Shown: piece by piece, positions 11,050 to 23,089 of the stretch | How the letters are laid out: every line of letters begins with the position of its first letter | Position numbering within the stretch: position 1 is the first letter of the stretch | Source: Vicugna vicugna | Taxonomy: Eukaryota | DNA: 27,277 nt | NCBI GenBank assembly: GCA_013265495.1 | Contig: MU058366.1 | Span: 223,694 to 250,970 of the forward strand | Direction of reading: 5' to 3' | Notes under the pieces: generated by a model | The model's database searches: none | What the model saw: only the letters and a program-made list of their open reading frames with translations | Told to the model about the DNA's origin: nothing | Made by a program: the position numbers and the translations under genes

Positions 11050-11690
11050 CTGGATCATCAAATCCTGTTGGATCTCCCCTCAAAGTAGGCCCTCAATCAG
11101 CCCACGTCCCTCCCTCTCCATTGCTAGTTCCCAGGGGCAGCCCCCGTACCTCCCCGAACCCTTTGACAGCGTTCTGACTAGTTTTCCTCTATGCCAGCTC
11201 CTCTGCAGCCTGTCCTCCACACAGCAGAATCCGTTCTGAATGTCTAGCATAAGTCATGTCACACCGTGTCCCTGCTTAAAATCCTAAGACACTTTCCCTT
11301 GGCCCTTGGAATCAGATCCAAACTCCCTGTTGTGGCTTATAGAAGCCGGGTGTGACCTGGCTCCCAGCTCCTCCACCCTCTACCCCCACCTGCCTGCTTC
11401 CTCATTCTGTGCAGCCTCTGGGGCCTTCTCTCTGCTCCTGATCAAGGGTGCCCCGCCCCCAGCCCTTTCCACTTACTTCTATTTGGAAGACTCTGTCCCC
11501 AGACTTTCCCATGGCTGTCTCCTTCTTGTCATTAGGATCTTGGCTCCAGTGTCACTTCTGAGAGGCCTTCGGGGTCACCAATCTAGCACGCTATCCCCAG
11601 GCACACTTCATCACATTTGCCCATTTCAGTTTGCTGCATTTCTAATAATCTGAAATTAAAATTTTGTTTTGTTCACGTCTACATTGTTGA
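11050..11690 (+). mobile_element. L2 LINE fragment
   Basis: catcaaatcctgttgg..., taagtcatgtcac...ccctgcttaaaatcc..., aatcagatccaaactcc..., tgtcacttctgagaggcctt are L2a/b 3' motifs. Confidence 0.75.
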
Positions 11691-11749
11691 TGGTACCTTT
11701 TCAGTGCAGTTTATGCAATAGGTGCTGTGTTGCCTGCCAGCTGAAACAG

Positions 11750-13212
11750 TATTAAGTACAAGACTCAACCACTGCCTTGGGCCTAGCACTCCCACAGGCA
11801 GGCGGTTCCTTCACACATATGGAACAACCTATGCACAAAGTTACTCACTATAACATAATTCGTAATAGAAAACTGTTGGGTACAGGGCACATGCCCCACA
11901 GCAGCAGGGAGCTGGTGAAATTCATTATGGTACAGTAGTCCTAAGCAGCAGTAGAAAACCATGAAAATCTCTAGTGAAAAATGAATTGATTTCCAGGATG
12001 TGTTGTTATGTGTAAAAAAAAATCAGAATGCAAAGGACACACACAGACACACATACTTATTGGGGGGAAAAAAAAGATTCAGGACAGACAGAGAACCTGG
12101 AAACTGATGAAAATGACACGGGTATGGGACTTCCTGTAATACATCTTTTTGTGCAGTTTTGACTTTGAACCATGTAAATGATTTATATGTTCAAAAGTAT
12201 ATTTGAAAGAGTGAAAAAAATCAAGTGCTTACACTGAATAAAAACAAAAGCCAATGAGCCTAACTGCATGTCCAATCGATAACAGAACCACAGAGAGAAA
12301 ATAAGTCTGGTACCTTTTAAACTCAGCCCTCTGTGCTCCCTTCACGGGGTATATCCCAGGGACAGAAAGCATTGGCTTTACTCTCAGTATGTCTGTTGGT
12401 GGTGGTGACAGTGCTGAGATGACTGTGAAGCTGTCTGGGGTGCACTTTAAGGTAGACTCTCTCCGGTAGAGGAAGGGAGTAAGTACACCGACAGATCGAG
12501 CTGTGGGGAACATGGCTGTGGAATGAGGGAAGGTGACAAAGAAGTGTGAAGCTGGGTTGGAACTGGGGGTTGCAGTATGAACTCAAAAAATGTTTGCGAG
12601 TTTTGTCCAGTGAAAGAGTCTAGAAACGACACCCCAGTAGCAATGAACGCACCCCGTACCAGACCTTGGTTCTCAACACCGTTCTCCACTGAAAGGAACC
12701 AGAGCTCCTTGGAGAAATGGAGGATCCTAGGTCTGGGGCAGGAGAAAATACCAGATGAGCCTGAGGCACGTTTTAATGCTAGAAAATAAGGACGAGCTTG
12801 AAAAGCAAAAAGATGAGGCATGTCAAAGGGATACAGGAGCCAAGCAGGAAGAACCAAGGCTAGAACAATTTGAGTGTCCAAAAGGATATTAAACCTTTGG
12901 AGAGGAGTGTGACTGGGAGGCAGCACCAGGGAAGGTCATATTATGTATTTATTATGTATATATTTCCATCTGGAGGAGACAGATACATGGGCATATCCAC
13001 TTAAAGAATCCATTGAGCTGTACATGGATGATTTATGCATATTACTGTATGCATGCTGTAGTCCAATAAAAATGACCCCCAAAATGACACTCTTGGATTC
13101 TAAGTTGTTAAATGAAAAAGCAGTGCCATCCACTGTGATAACTGAGAAAAGAGAGTGGCGGTGGGGGGAAGGAAAGCTCTTCCTAGAGAAATACCAACTA
13201 ATAATTGTAGAA
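11750..13212 (+). mobile_element. Ancient L1 (L1MC-like) 3' region
   Basis: aaaggaaccagagctccttggagaaatgg...ctggggcaggagaaaataccagatgagcctg is an L1MC 3'UTR signature. Degenerate ORF2 end at ~11760-12000. Confidence 0.75.
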
Positions 13213-13309
13213 AATCAGCCCACGTCTCTCCCTCTCCATTGCTAGTCCGACCGCATACTCATCAGAAACAAGTACGTGCTCAACAATAGAAACAAAAACC
13301 ATTATTTTA

Positions 13310-13670
13310 AAAATGTGCCTACAAGTTCTTTGATATTACTCCTTACAAAAAAAAATGGAGCTTAATTTCCCTCCTTTGAGTGTGCACTGGCCTTACTGAT
13401 TTGCTTCTAACAAACAGCACATGGAGGAAGTTACACTGTGGAAATCTGCAAACCAGGTCATAAAAGGCTTTGCAGCTTCAGTCCTTTACTCTTTCTTGGC
13501 TAACTGTATCAAGGGAAGCCAGCTGCCACGTAATGAGATGAGATCCAGGTGTCAAGAAACTGATGCCTCCAGCCAACAGCCACGTGAGCTAGGCTAGAAG
13601 CAGATTTACCAGACCAGACAAGCTTTCAGATGACTGGAGTCCTGACCAACGTCACTGCCACCTCATGAAA
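13310..13670 (+). mobile_element. MaLR LTR (MLT1F/G-like), partial
   Basis: acaagttctttgatattactcc...ccctcctttgagtgtg...gggaagccagctgccacgt...agccaacagccacgtgag...ctttcagatgactg. Confidence 0.75.
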
Positions 13671-14559
13671 GAGCCTTGTGGATGAGCTGGGACACTTTTT
13701 CATCTGCAGGGAGCCTTTGTACTTCCTTTTCTGTGAACTCTTTGTTCATATCTCCTTCCAATTTTTCTTTTCTTATCAATATTTATAAGTTTTTTTATAT
13801 GTTGGGGTAGTAACTTTGGCTGTGACATAAATGGTAAAAGAGTTTTTCCTGTTGGTCATTTTTCTTTTTATTTTGCTTCTGGAGAGATGACATGCCAACT
13901 GTTTTAGTGTTATTCAATTGATCGATCCTAACTTTATTCTTTTTAAATATAAAAACCTACTCTTTTTAAATGTAAAAAATTCTGAAGTTTACCTGGAGCA
14001 ATATAATGAAAAAGTAACCAGGAACATGCTAGGAAAGGATAGTAATTGCAGAAAATAGCTCCTAGATCCATAAAATGCTTAGCAAAACAGATGCAATATG
14101 CAACACGCTACTGCACAGTGTGTTTATGTTAACAGAGAAAGTTCCAGGATGACTTAGAGCTGGATGGACACACGACGATTTCTGAAACCTTGCTGAGGAA
14201 AAATAACTCGACATGGGCAGAGGATGGCAGGACGAGCATCAGAAGCTTCACACATTTGCTTTGGTCACATTCTCCAAACGCTCTGAAAACAGCAAGACAT
14301 GGTCAAGGAAGACACAGCCATTCTAGCCTAAACAGAAAACAAAACAACCCAAGGAGCCCAATCCTCTCAAGAGCCTTTCAGCTATTTCCTTCCTTTGTTC
14401 TAAGCACTAGGCTCCAGTCAGAGAGAACACCCTGCCCTTTCCGATGCTAAAAAGAAACTGGAAGAAGTGAGCAAATGATAAGGTTGTTCAGGTGGAGAAA
14501 AAATCTAGGATGGATACTGTTGCATAAGCAGCTGACAGAAACGCAATGTAAAAAGAGAA

Positions 14560-15464
14560 AATGGACTTTGGCTTCCAGTCCAGCAGATGAGGCACTTGGA
14601 AGTCTGTCTGTCCTAATAATCAGTAAAATGCTGAACAAACAAAATCAACTCTTCCTAGATCTGCCAGACAATGAAGGTCAGATACCAAGAATCACAACCT
14701 AACAGGACGAAGCCCCACAAGCAGAAACCTCCATGAGAACAGAATTGTGAACTAGAATTGTAACCAACTGCTGGAGGCTCAGTGTGAACAAGGCTGAGGG
14801 ATAAAAAACTCCAGGGGGAACTGGTCATAGAGGCTCCACATTTTGTGAGCTTTACCTCAAGGAGCTCTGTCTACTAGGTCCTCCCAGGGAACAATGGAGA
14901 GAAATCCTCTCATGCTTCTGGCAGGGGGTAAGGAAAATACCCATATTGACACCCACTGGACCACCCCGTTCTTAACAAGATCTGCCCACCAGAGAAACTA
15001 ACCAGAGCCTGAACTACTAGGGTTTTCCAGAGCCTAACTGCCTGGGAAGGGAAGGAAAATGCACAACTCCAGCTCACTCCAGCCTCACGGAACCTCCAGG
15101 GGGAGGGAGGACTGAGAAGCATGGGTGAAGTTCACAGCCCAGGGGTACAGGCTCACCAAAGACTGACACCTAATCGTAAGACAGACTGCTTCCCTCCCTC
15201 AGCCCTCACCACCACATTACTAAAGGACTATTTACAGCAGTTGCTTTTACCCAGTACAGCATGCCCAATTATCAAGAAAAAAGTAGCAGGCTACTGAAGA
15301 CAGAAAATGCACTTTGAAGAGACAGAGCAAGCATCAGAATCAGATTCAGATGAAGCAGAAATATTGGAATTATCAGACTAATAAATTAAAGCAACCAAAA
15401 AATATGATTAACATGTGAAGGGGCTCTAGTGGAAAAAGTAGACAAAGTACAAGAAAAAATGGGT

Positions 15465-15470
<6 letters not shown>
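14560..15470 (+). mobile_element. Ancient L1 (L1MC/MD-like) 5'UTR and start of ORF1, truncated at the SLC6A8 fragment
   Basis: tttgaagagacagagcaagcatcagaatcagattcagat...ttggaattatcagac...ggctctagtggaaaaagtagaca...atgggtaatgta is an ORF1 5' signature. It stops abruptly at ~15470. Confidence 0.75.
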
Positions 15471-16713
<1,243 letters not shown>

Positions 16714-16934
16714 GAGACTGCGAGGTGCACGGGGCTCGCTCTGGGTGCGCAGGCTTGGCGGGAAACGGTCACGTGCCCAGAGGGACAGCGGTGGAATAGC
16801 GCGAGGGCCGGTTTGCGCCAGAGCCCCGGGAGCCCGAGTGACGTCACCCGCTAGGGGCGGAGCTTCGCGAGGGGTCCCCGGCCCGTCAGCAGCTCAGCCT
16901 GGGCGCGGAGGGCTGGAGTAGAGCCTGAGGAGCC

Positions 16935-17302
16935 ATGCAGGCCGCAGACCTGGGCGGGGGCGACGTGGCAAGAGGTGCTGAAGGCCAGGGCGGCCCAGAT
17001 GTCTCTGGCGGCCAGGAAGGCCCCGGTGGAGGTGGCGTGGGAGAGGCCAGTGCCGCCGCCGGTGGCGCCCCACCAGTCGAGCGGGCCCCGCACGCCCCTG
17101 GGCCGGGCGGAGATGCCTTGCGCGGGTTGGGTGGACACGCCTTGCGAGGCCTGGGTGGACACGCTGCCCCAGGACCCGGTGGACATGCCGCGCCGGGACC
17201 AGGTGGACACGCTTCGCCAGGGCCGGGTGGACACGCTGCATCGAGGCTGGGCGGGCCCGTCAGGCCCACAGCCACAGGACCAGGGAGCCAGCTGCTCCAG
17301 TT
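16935..17302 (+). CDS. Cancer/testis antigen CTAG1/CTAG2 (NY-ESO-1/LAGE-1)-like exon 1
   Basis: ggagccATG start. MQAADLGGGDVARGAEGQGGPDVSGGQEGPGG...GPGSQLLQ(F), a Gly-rich CTAG-type N-terminus, ending at a GTATCCT donor. 368+129+139 nt = 211 aa with no internal stop. Confidence 0.88.
17106..17249 (+). repeat. Coding 24-bp minisatellite, 6 copies (GGHAAPGP-type octapeptide)
   Basis: Units start at 17106, 17130, 17154, 17178, 17202 and 17226. Core GGTGGACACGC. Confidence 0.95.
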
Positions 17303-17629
17303 GTATCCTATTTGAGTGCCCAGAGAGCCATGGGGTTGGACCTAAGGGAGGCGATGGGATGGGGAGAACGTGGTCAGCCTGGGGATATAGGGGGAGGAGG
17401 GGAAGGGATCAAGAGGGCTAGAGGGGCTGGCCTGGAGGGGAAGGCCCAGTGGTGGCCAGGAGAGATTGTGGGAGGAGATGGCTTCAGAGACCAGAAAGGA
17501 GGGGGACAACCCTCAGGGAATTGGGACAGCTAAGAGTGGCCTGAGGGGAAGCAGCTCTCAGAATGAAAAGGAAGCCTGACGCACAGGCAGAATCGCCATG
17601 AGATGGTGCCTTAACTGCCCCTTCACCAG
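17303..17629 (+). other. U12-type (minor spliceosome) GT-AG intron 1
   Basis: Donor GTATCCTAT. Branch site CCTTAAC at 17609-17615, ending 14 nt before the intron end. Confidence 0.85.
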
Positions 17630-17758
17630 CTCCCTCACCGTGTCTTTCCCGTCGCCCATGGAGGCAGAGATGGCCGGCCAGTCCCTGGCCCCACGTGTCC
17701 AGCCCTACCAAGGGGCAGTTCAGAAGGAGCTCATAGTGTCCGGCAACATCTTAGCTAT
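17630..17758 (+). CDS. CTAG-like exon 2
   Basis: (F)SLTVSFPSPMEAEMAGQSLAPRVQPYQGAVQKELIVSGNILA(I), CTAG/Pcc1 domain. 129 nt, same length and phase as exon 2 of the LAGE3-like gene. GTTAGT donor. Confidence 0.9.
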
Positions 17759-17954
17759 GTTAGTTCTGAGAGGGCCCAAGGTGGGGGTGGTGACAGGTGG
17801 CTGGGGTCATTCTGACAGTGAATTGGAGACACCCGAAGTTTAGATCTGAGGAGGTGGACATGGTGCTCTGGGCCTGTCACCACCTGAGGGGGCAGAAAGA
17901 ATTAGGTGCAGGATTACCACACTGAACTTGATTTTTTTTTCCCCTCACTTTTAG

Positions 17955-18093
17955 CCGACTGACTGCAGGAGACCCTGGCCAACTCCGGATTTCCATCACC
18001 TCCTGTCTCAACCAGCTTTCTCTGTTGGTTCAGACCATGCAGCACTCTGTGTCCCTGTTTTTTACTAAGCCTAGACCAGGAAACCGGGCCTAA
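17955..18093 (+). CDS. CTAG-like exon 3
   Basis: Pyrimidine tract + TAG acceptor. (I)RLTAGDPGQLRISITSCLNQLSLLVQTMQHSVSLFFTKPRPGNRA*, resembling the NY-ESO-1 C-terminus (IRLTAADHRQLQLSISSCLQQLSLL...). Confidence 0.9.
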
Positions 18094-18259
18094 GACTAAC
18101 CTAGGGTCTCTGCCTAGACAGTGCACCCTTCCCCAGGGCATCGATTCCTACACTAGTTGCCACTTTATTGTTTGCTTGTTTTGGCCTTTGGGCTCTCTTG
18201 GCCCTGCTGTTGCCCTGTTACTGGAGGAGGAGGGTATTTCAATGTTTGTTACAGCAAAA

Positions 18260-18265
18260 AATAAA
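18260..18265 (+). terminator. Polyadenylation signal of the CTAG-like gene
   Basis: AATAAA ~170 nt after the stop, followed by a GT/T-rich downstream element. Confidence 0.8.
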
Positions 18266-18620
18266 ACCGAACTATCATTCTGTGTCTGAGTTTATTTTCT
18301 GGTCCTGCGCCTCCACATTTTCTTGCTTTTGTCCTTGGTTTCAGGGGAGAGGTTCTGGGATTCACATATTCTAGTAGTACAAGGTAATTGAAAACAATTT
18401 AAGAAATGGAAGAAAATTAAAATGAATTATGTCCTGTCATTTGAGATTAACTACTGTCAGTATTTCAGAATATTTTCTTAGTTTTATAGTTGTGTTTATA
18501 TATAACAATAATATAATGTAATTTTTGCAAGTTCAAGATTAATTTTTCCCTGAATTATTTTCATTTAATATATCAGCTTTTCCTCTTCCTAAAATTTCTT
18601 CAAAAACATGTACTTGCTTT

Positions 18621-18760
18621 GGGGGAGGGTATAGCTCAGTGGTAGAGTGCATGCCTAGCATGCATGAGGTCCTGGGTTCATTCAATCCCTAGTACCTCCA
18701 TTTGATAAACAAACAAACAAATAAATAAATAAACCTAATTACCCTCACCACCAGAAAAAC
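18621..18760 (+). mobile_element. tRNA-derived SINE (camelid Vic-1-like)
   Basis: GGGGAGGGTATAGCTCAGTGGTAGAG head, B box with a TTCA duplication, (AAAC)n(AAAT)n linker. TSD CATGTACTTG at 18607-18616 and 18761-18770. Confidence 0.9.
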
Positions 18761-20314
18761 CATGTACTTGGATGCGTAAAAGAACTACCATAATGTTAGT
18801 GTTGAACACTTAATGTGTTTCCATTTTTCCCTATTATAAGTAATGACCCAATGGAATTCTTCACTGTAAGTCTTTATCTGACAGGTTGTCTTCAAGATAG
18901 ATTCCAAAAGGTAGACTTATTGAGTTAAAAACTTACTTTTCCATTTATTTTTAAGGCTGTTGGTCTACAGTACATGGTTGCTATTCAGGAAGTGTGTCCT
19001 CCTGCCAGAATTCTAGTTTGCCTACCTCCTTGTACCAGTAGGTCTGATACCTGCCAAAGCAAAAAGTTGAATTTGCAGGAGCAGATCGAACAACCGAGAA
19101 ACACTAGAATTGAGTTTTGTGGCCTACTAACCTTGTTTCAGATCACTGAAGAAAAGGTTTGGGGACAATTAGTTAAGTGTATGGAGGAGAAGTTAGCTTC
19201 CTCTAATGTATACTGTTTCCTGCAACCTTGCTTGATTTGCTTATAGTTTTAGTAGCTCTTCTGTGAGTTTCATTAGATTTTCTACATAGTGGGTCAGGTT
19301 GTCTGCAGATAAGGTAGTTTTACTTTTCCTTTCCAATTGAGATGCCTGTTTGTGACTGATTTCTCTCCTCGTGGCATTGGAGCTTCCTGCTTCTTTTCAT
19401 GCTTGTAATTTTAGATTGGATGCCACACATTGTGAAATTTTACCTTGGATGCTGGATATTTGTGTTCCCAAACATATTCTTGAGCTTTGTTCTGCGATTC
19501 TGTTAAGGTACTTGGAAACAATTCAATCCTTTCAAGTCTTGCTTGAAAGGATTTTTGCTCAGTGAGAACAAAGTGGACCAAATTCATTTTAGTGTAAGAG
19601 TAATTCAACTAATTAGCAACCTCTGGTATTTGTTAGAAACAAGGACTTGTACACTCTTTATCAGTTGGAGTGGTAGTAAATCTATCTGGACATTTATTTG
19701 GTATTTTATACTAAAGTCTAAGCTGTTTTCACTCTTTGACCCACCTTTGGGAATCTATCATAAACTTTTTCATATGCAAACAAGGCAGAATCAACCAGGA
19801 TGTTAATTATAGCATTGTGTAAAAAATTGGAAGAAAGTAAATGTACATCAACTGAGTAAAGAGTCAGTAAGCACAGTAAGTCCATCCTAGTGGAATAGCA
19901 TGTGGCAGTTGAAGAAAGAGCAAGGTAGGTAGCTGGGTACTAAGACAGAGAGGAAGACAAGTTGAGAGTCTCTGTCTGCGGGGTGTTCTGTGTTCCTGTT
20001 TATACAGCACGCCCCCACCGTGTGAATGTGTGCGGATGTGCATAGTAACTACCTGGAGTGAGCCACCCCCACTGTCAGGAATGCTCATCTCTGGACAATA
20101 GCGTCAGGGAAAGAAACTTCCACCTTATACATTTTTCACTTAGGTGTTGTTTAAATATTTTCATCATGTGTATATTACTTTTGAAACAAATACTTTTATT
20201 TTGGGAAAATAATGGTCTGCTCTATTAGATTAAGGAATAATCCTTCCTAGTCTTGTTCCTTTAAAACATTGGAAATTGATTTTGAATTTGATGAAACGTC
20301 TGCAGCCCTGCAGA

Positions 20315-20760
20315 AGACATCTGTTGGTTTTGTCATCCAGCATCTAGTCCCTTTCTCCTGGTACCAGTATCCTTAGTACCCCCTAGACACACCCCCTTCC
20401 TTTCCCCTCAGCAGTTATGCTTCTGATGGAATTGACTTCACTTCTGATTCCAGGAGTGGACATGTGGCTCAGGCCTGGCCAATTGTAGCACTACTTTTCT
20501 CCAGCCATGGAGATCCATCCAACCAGTGACACTTTGGGGGCTGCAGGGGAGCAGACTGGTAATGGGCAGAGGGAAAGCTGGAGCAAGAAGAAAGCAAATT
20601 TCAGAGAACCAAATCCTGGATCCAGCCATGCGAAGACAGAACTACCTCTGGAACTTTCAGTTACACAGACTCAGAAATTCTCCCTTTGCCTTAAGCCAAA
20701 GTGGATATTTTTGATGGTTTTTGTTCCATTTTTTTACTTGAAATAGAAGTCTCAACTATT
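20315..20760 (+). mobile_element. Old MaLR LTR (MLT1J/K-like)
   Basis: catgtggctcaggcctggccaat..., ctctggaactttcagttacacagac...ctttgccttaagcca. Confidence 0.6.
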
Positions 20761-21059
20761 ATTGAATTAAGGAAACATAGTTTTATTTATTATTTAACCT
20801 ATTATTGTAATCTAAGAACTTGGCCCTCCTTCATTACTTCAAGGGAGAAATAAGCCTATTTTGTTACTAAAGGATTGGCTTCTTGTTGATCAACCCATAT
20901 TATGGTAGAAAAGAAGGCAAATAAGTCAAAGGAGGGGAGGGACTGCAAGGGGCAGCTAGAGGAAAGGAACAAGGAGAAAGACCATCCCTTTCCAGACAGA
21001 GTTCCCCAAACTGACCCAGAAGTGGGCCGTATAGTGGATGTGGAGAAACCTATGCCTTC

Positions 21060-22370
21060 CACATTATTTTTACTAGCTATATAACATTACACAGAATATA
21101 TATACCATAGTTATTTTAACCAATCTCTTACATATAGACCTTCAGGCTGTTCATAATTTTTCAGTCTTATAAATAATGCCAAAATGAATATCCTGGTAAA
21201 TTTGTTTTTGTGTAATGTATTATGTACAACAGGATTTTAGAAGGAATGGGTTGTTGGGTCAAAGAGTAAGCTCTTTTTAAAGTGTTTGAAACATGTTACA
21301 AATTGTCCTCTAAAAAGTTTGCATCAGTTTAACTCCATCAAATTGTGTAAGAAAGTGCCCATTTTCTTACTTCCTACCCTGTATTTATCAGCTTAGGCTG
21401 ACATAATAAAACACCAGACTAGGTGGCTTATATAACACAAATTTACTTTCTCACAGTTCTGGAGACTTGAAGTCCAAGATCAAGGCGCCAGCAGGTTGGT
21501 TTCTGGTTGAGGCCTCCTCTTTGAGTTACAGACAGCCACTTTCTTGCTGTGTCCTCCTATGACCTCTCCTCTGTGTGTGTGTGTGCGTGTGTGTAAAGAG
21601 AGAAGGAGAGAGCTCTTTGATGTCTGTTCCTCTTCTTATAAGGACACCAGTCCTATTTGATTTGGTACCCATCCTTATTACCTCATTTAACCTTAATTAA
21701 CTCCTTAAAGTCTCTGTCTCCAAATACTATCACATTAGAGAATATGATTTAACATATGAATGTAGGGGATATAATTCAGCCCATAATACACCCCCAAAAG
21801 AACATTCTCAATCTTTTAAATCCTTGCCCATATAGTAACCAAAATCGTATCTCAATATTGTTTCACTAGTGGCTTAACAACATTTCATATGACACTTGGC
21901 CAGTGGTAACCCCTCTTCTGAGAACAGTCCATTAATATCCTTTTTCTATTTTTTAATTGTAATAGTCATATTTTACTTATTGATTGGTGAGTGCTCTTTG
22001 TATGTTGAAGATATCAAATCTTTGCTATAATTTGAAAATACTTTCCTTCCTCATTGCTTCATTTTAACTGTTCATATTTCTTTTCTATATGGAGATTTAA
22101 AATTTTTTTAATGTGTTTAACTGATTGATCTTTTCACTATGATTTCTGTCATTTATGTCCAATAGAAAGCCTTACCCACTGTAAAACTATAAAATTTGAC
22201 ACTCACAACATCTTCTAGTACTTTAATGTTAATCCACTAGGAATTTATTTTGGTGCAAAAAATGACATTGATTTTGTTTTGTCCCCAAAGGTTAGTCAGG
22301 TGTCACAACATCATTTATTGAATAATTCATATTTCTCCACTAAATTGAAATGTCATCTTTAAAAATTTTA
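21060..22370 (-). mobile_element. Ancient L1 (L1ME-like) ORF2 3' part, interrupted by an MLT1A LTR
   Basis: AT-rich reverse-complement L1 motifs (ataaataatgccaaaatgaatatcc, gttgttgggtcaaag, aatccactaggaatttattttggtg, caacatcatttattgaata). Confidence 0.7.
21380..21790 (-). mobile_element. MaLR LTR (MLT1A-like), near complete, with an internal (TG)n tract at 21572-21594
   Basis: TG...CA ends; tttctcacagttctggag...aagtccaagatcaagg, cttcttataaggacaccagtc, acctcatttaaccttaatta. Confidence 0.85.
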
Positions 22371-23089
22371 ACCCCCAACTTTGTTTGTTCTTGTAATTTA
22401 TCCTTCCAGCTAATTTGGGTTGAGTGATCTGGGATAGCCTCTCTGAAGAAGTGACCTGAAGGATACAGTACAGAAAGTTGGGATTGGGGGTTGGAGAAGA
22501 GACAGGATCAGAAAGACATGTAGACAGAGAGATTTGATTGGTTCAGCTTAGGTTGCCTTCCCACGGGTGCAGGGAGAAACATGAGGACAAGAAAGGGATG
22601 AGAGAGAGAAAGTTAGGGCACCAGTGGGCTAGAAGACTGTTGAGTTGGGGATACTTGAATATTTGAGTTTTTCTATTTTTTAATTATTATAAAAAATGCT
22701 GTTATGAATATTTTGTTTCAAAGATTTCATATGCACATGTGTAAATATACAGAGTCCTAGTTTTAGTGATGAGAGAGTTTTCAGGTTATTGAGTTCATAA
22801 TTTTGCAGGAACAATGTGTTCCCCCATGACGTATTTATCCAGGTCTCTGTAATGATAGCATGTTACCCAGGTAGGGAATGAGGGAACACTACTTACTCTG
22901 CCATGTAGTAGAGTGAAGGATATGTGGAGAAAGACTAAGATATGTGGCTGCAAAATTGACATTCAAAATAAAAATCAAGTTCCATATCCTCACGAGAAGG
23001 TAGGGTTAATCATCCAGGACACCAGCAGTTGTGTCTACGAGACCAGGCCAGAGATGTGACTGGAGAAAACATGTAAAATTAAGAGTCAC

